A stretch of DNA of 62,496 nucleotides, the filler included, from Methanobacteriota archaeon (GTDB lineage Archaea; JACRDV01), in the NCBI GenBank assembly GCA_024860865.1. It is 5 parts of 5 records of this genome, joined end to end, with 100 filler letters (N's around TTAATTAATTAA, not from the genome) between each part and the next. Parts side by side here need not be neighbours in the genome. Positions count along the whole stretch, not along the records: positions 47,719 to 60,216 come from JACRDV010000098.1; positions 60,317 to 62,496 come from JACRDV010000105.1; 3 more parts are not named here. One strand, given 5' to 3'. A model generated the notes under the pieces. The model saw only the letters and a list, made by a program, of their open reading frames with translations, was not told the origin of the DNA and did not search any database. Made by a program: the position numbers and the translations under genes. Positions 60,050 to 62,496 of this stretch are shown here, piece after piece. The stretch's first letter is position 1. The number at the start of each line of letters is the position of its first letter.

Positions 60050-60216
60050 ATGTTAATACCAAGCGGAATACCAGGTTTAGATGATTTATTATATGGTGGA
60101 TTTAGTTCCGGCTCAAATATCCTTGTAGTAGGACCACCAGGTTCAGGTAAATCGATTTTCAGCAGGCAAATTCTGTACAATGGGTTGAATAAAGGCTTTT
60201 CTTCAGTTTATATTAC
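60050..60216 (+). CDS. KaiC/RAD55-family ATPase, N-terminal fragment
   Basis: SGIPGLDDLLYGGF..GPPGSGKS (Walker A). Confidence 0.85.
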
Positions 60217-60316
60217 NNNNNNNNNNNNNNNNNNNNNNNNNNNNNNNNNNNNNNNNNNNNTTAATTAATTAANNNNNNNNNNNNNNNNNNNNNNNNNNNN
60301 NNNNNNNNNNNNNNNN
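60217..60316. other. Artificial contig linker
   Basis: N44-TTAATTAATTAA-N44. Confidence 0.98.
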
Positions 60317-61227
60317 AAAATTTTGGTAAAGAAATCGAATTTTATCTTTCTAATTTTCCGAATATTTCTTTGACAGGCACCGGTTGTAGTTTATCATGTA
60401 AACACTGTAATAAAAAATTTTTAGATAGAATGATTCCCGCAACCACTCCTAAAAGATTAGTTGAAATTTGCAAACAATTGGACCAAAAAGGAGTTGTTGG
60501 TTGTTTATTAAGCGGAGGCTCTAGAAAAGATGGCACTGTACCATTAGATCGATTCACCAATGCAATCGCTCAAATTAAGAAAGAGACAGATTTGGTTTTG
60601 ATTGCCCACACAGGCCCGCTTAATGAAAAACAAGTAAAAGCCATAACTAAAGCTGGACTAAATGGCGCTCTGGTGGATATAATAGGAGCTAAAGAAACAA
60701 TTAAGGAAATCTATGGACTTAATTTAGATCCTAACAATTTTAAAAAAACTTTAAAAGCCTTTGAAAAAGCTGGAATTCCAAATCTCTCGCCGCATGTAAT
60801 AGTTGGTTTGCATTATGGAAAACTGCTTGGCGAATTTAAAGCTCTTGAAATGATTTCTGAAGTTGAACCTACAAATATCGTTATTGTTGCATTTATTCCG
60901 ACTAAAGAAACTCCATTTGAAAAGATTAACCCTCCAATGCCGGAAGATGTTGCAAAAGTAATTGCTCAGGCAAGAAAAATGTTTCCAACTACACCAATTG
61001 CTCTAGGATGTATAAGGCCTGGAACTAACCGATCAAAAATGGATGAGCTAGCAATTAGAGCCGGGGTAAATAAAATCGCAGTCCCTAGTTCGCACGCAAT
61101 TAAGGTTGTTAAATCATTAAATCTGAAAGTGAAAATTTATGACACGATGTTATGCTGTGTTTGTAATGAAGATGAGATAAAAAAAGATCTTACAAAAGGT
61201 CCTAAGCGCTGGTTTTCAAAAGTATAA
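60317..61227 (+). CDS. Biotin-synthase-like radical SAM protein (COG1856-like), 5' truncated
   Basis: ISLTGTGCSLSCKHC, LLSGG, AHTG, PHVIVGLHYG, LGCIRP. Confidence 0.8.
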
Positions 61228-61283
61228 AGTTGAAACTTATGAGTATATTATAAATCACTATATGAGAAATTCTCAATTTCGCT

Positions 61284-62496
61284 TCAAGTAGTTATTTCAC
61301 CACTTATATTAGTTAACATCATTCTTCTAATATCCTCTATATCTTTATAATGAGCAAGCAACCATCCTAGCTTAATATACGCAACCTCCGCAAGCATATC
61401 TCCTCCAGGAATTACCCCTCGGGCTAAAAGCTCTCTGCCAGTTGAGTAAACGCTCATATTAACTCTCCCAAAGATTGTCTGAGAAGTCATAACAACTGGA
61501 ATTTTGTTTCTAATTGCTTTTTCGATTGGATCAAATAACCATTCAGGGGCATGACCCAATCCAGTTCCTTCTATTACTATCCCCTTATAGCCAGCATTAA
61601 TTAAAAGGTCAATTATATCAGATCGAATGCCTGGATATGTTTTAACTAATGCAACTTTTGGTTCAAACTTATCATCAACTAGAATTTTTCGCTTGCTTCT
61701 TGGGATATAGTCATTTCTAAATAGGGTAATCTTGCCGTTTTCAACTTTCCCAATTGAAGTTGCATTAATGGTTTGAAAAGCATCTCTTTTGGAGCTATGC
61801 ATTTTCCTAACTCGAGTCCCAGGATGAATCAAACAATAGGAGTCGCTTTTTTCACCATGCATCACAACAACAACTTGAGCGAATGGGGCATTTGCTGCTA
61901 CAGCCACACCATCAACTAGATTAATTGCAGCATCGCTCGAGCCTCTATCAGATGACCTTTGAGCCCCAATTAAAACAACTGGCACAGGCAAATTTTTTAG
62001 CATAAAGCTAAGAGCCGCACTAGTATAACCCAGTGTATCAGTTCCATGAGTAATAACAACTCCACTTACATTGCTTTCGATCTCTTTAGTAACTTCATGC
62101 GCAAGCTGTATCCACTTCTCAGGCGACATGTTTTCGCTAAGAATATTAAAAATCGGACGACCTTTGATATTTGCAAAATTTACAAGCTCTGGAACAGCTT
62201 GAAGCAAATCTTCTGCAGAGAATGCTGGACTAACCGCGCCTGTTTTATAATCAACTCGACTGGCAATTGTACCACCTGTGCTTAAAATAGAGACCGTTGG
62301 TTTAGTTGGATCTTCAATTATCTTAAATGGAAATTTAATGGCGAACTCCTCTCCAACGGCAACCTTTTCAACAGGAGTTTTTTCTGAAACTTCAATTCCA
62401 ACATTATATCCATTATCGAGTTTAATCACGATGTGTTTGTCATCACCTAACTCACTCCGAGGCATCAAAATGCCCTCATAAGTTACACCTTTGCTC
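61284..62496 (-). CDS. gatD: Glu-tRNA(Gln) amidotransferase subunit D (5' end beyond window)
   Basis: IKLDNGYNVG, TGGTIASRVDY.TG, HGTDT, QRSSDRGSSDA, GTGLGH. Confidence 0.95.
   Translation of the reverse strand, partial: SKGVTYEGILMPRSELGDDKHIVIKLDNGYNVGIEVSEKTPVEKVAVGEEFAIKFPFKIIEDPTKPTVSILSTGGTIASRVDYKTGAVSPAFSAEDLLQAVPELVNFANIKGRPIFNILSENMSPEKWIQLAHEVTKEIESNVSGVVITHGTDTLGYTSAALSFMLKNLPVPVVLIGAQRSSDRGSSDAAINLVDGVAVAANAPFAQVVVVMHGEKSDSYCLIHPGTRVRKMHSSKRDAFQTINATSIGKVENGKITLFRNDYIPRSKRKILVDDKFEPKVALVKTYPGIRSDIIDLLINAGYKGIVIEGTGLGHAPEWLFDPIEKAIRNKIPVVMTSQTIFGRVNMSVYSTGRELLARGVIPGGDMLAEVAYIKLGWLLAHYKDIEDIRRMMLTNISGEITT

Overview
AT-rich archaeal sequence, probably from a metagenome-assembled genome of an anaerobe with euryarchaeal-type markers (TBP, GatD, pantoate kinase, DUF555, a single short EndA). 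It consists of five contigs joined by artificial N44-TTAATTAATTAA-N44 linkers (contigs 1-9301, 9402-30599, 30700-47618, 47719-60216, 60317-62496), so adjacency across linkers carries no information. Main content: two TnpB elements; an archaeosine-type cluster (preQ0 transporter, RaSEA, stand-alone ArcS-motif protein); a membrane-bound Tat-exported [NiFe]-hydrogenase operon with hypA/D/E; an FAD oxidoreductase carrying a 529-aa LAGLIDADG intein; a large B12 radical SAM enzyme; a 2-oxoacid elongation operon plus a ComC-like dehydrogenase; an MNT-HEPN pair followed by a cas4 pseudogene; translation genes (endA, trpS, pheS, pheT); and a complete CODH/ACS (cdh) operon. The standout observation is a 38-nt insertion (47376-47413) in a radical SAM gene. 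It folds into a canonical bulge-helix-bulge motif, and its excision at the standard EndA cut sites exactly restores the reading frame. This is a candidate archaeal mRNA intron outside the known cbf5 case, with endA on the same contig. Other leads are a riboswitch-like leader on the preQ0 transporter, a tRNA-like RNA lacking the anticodon arm, and an intein in an atypical host.
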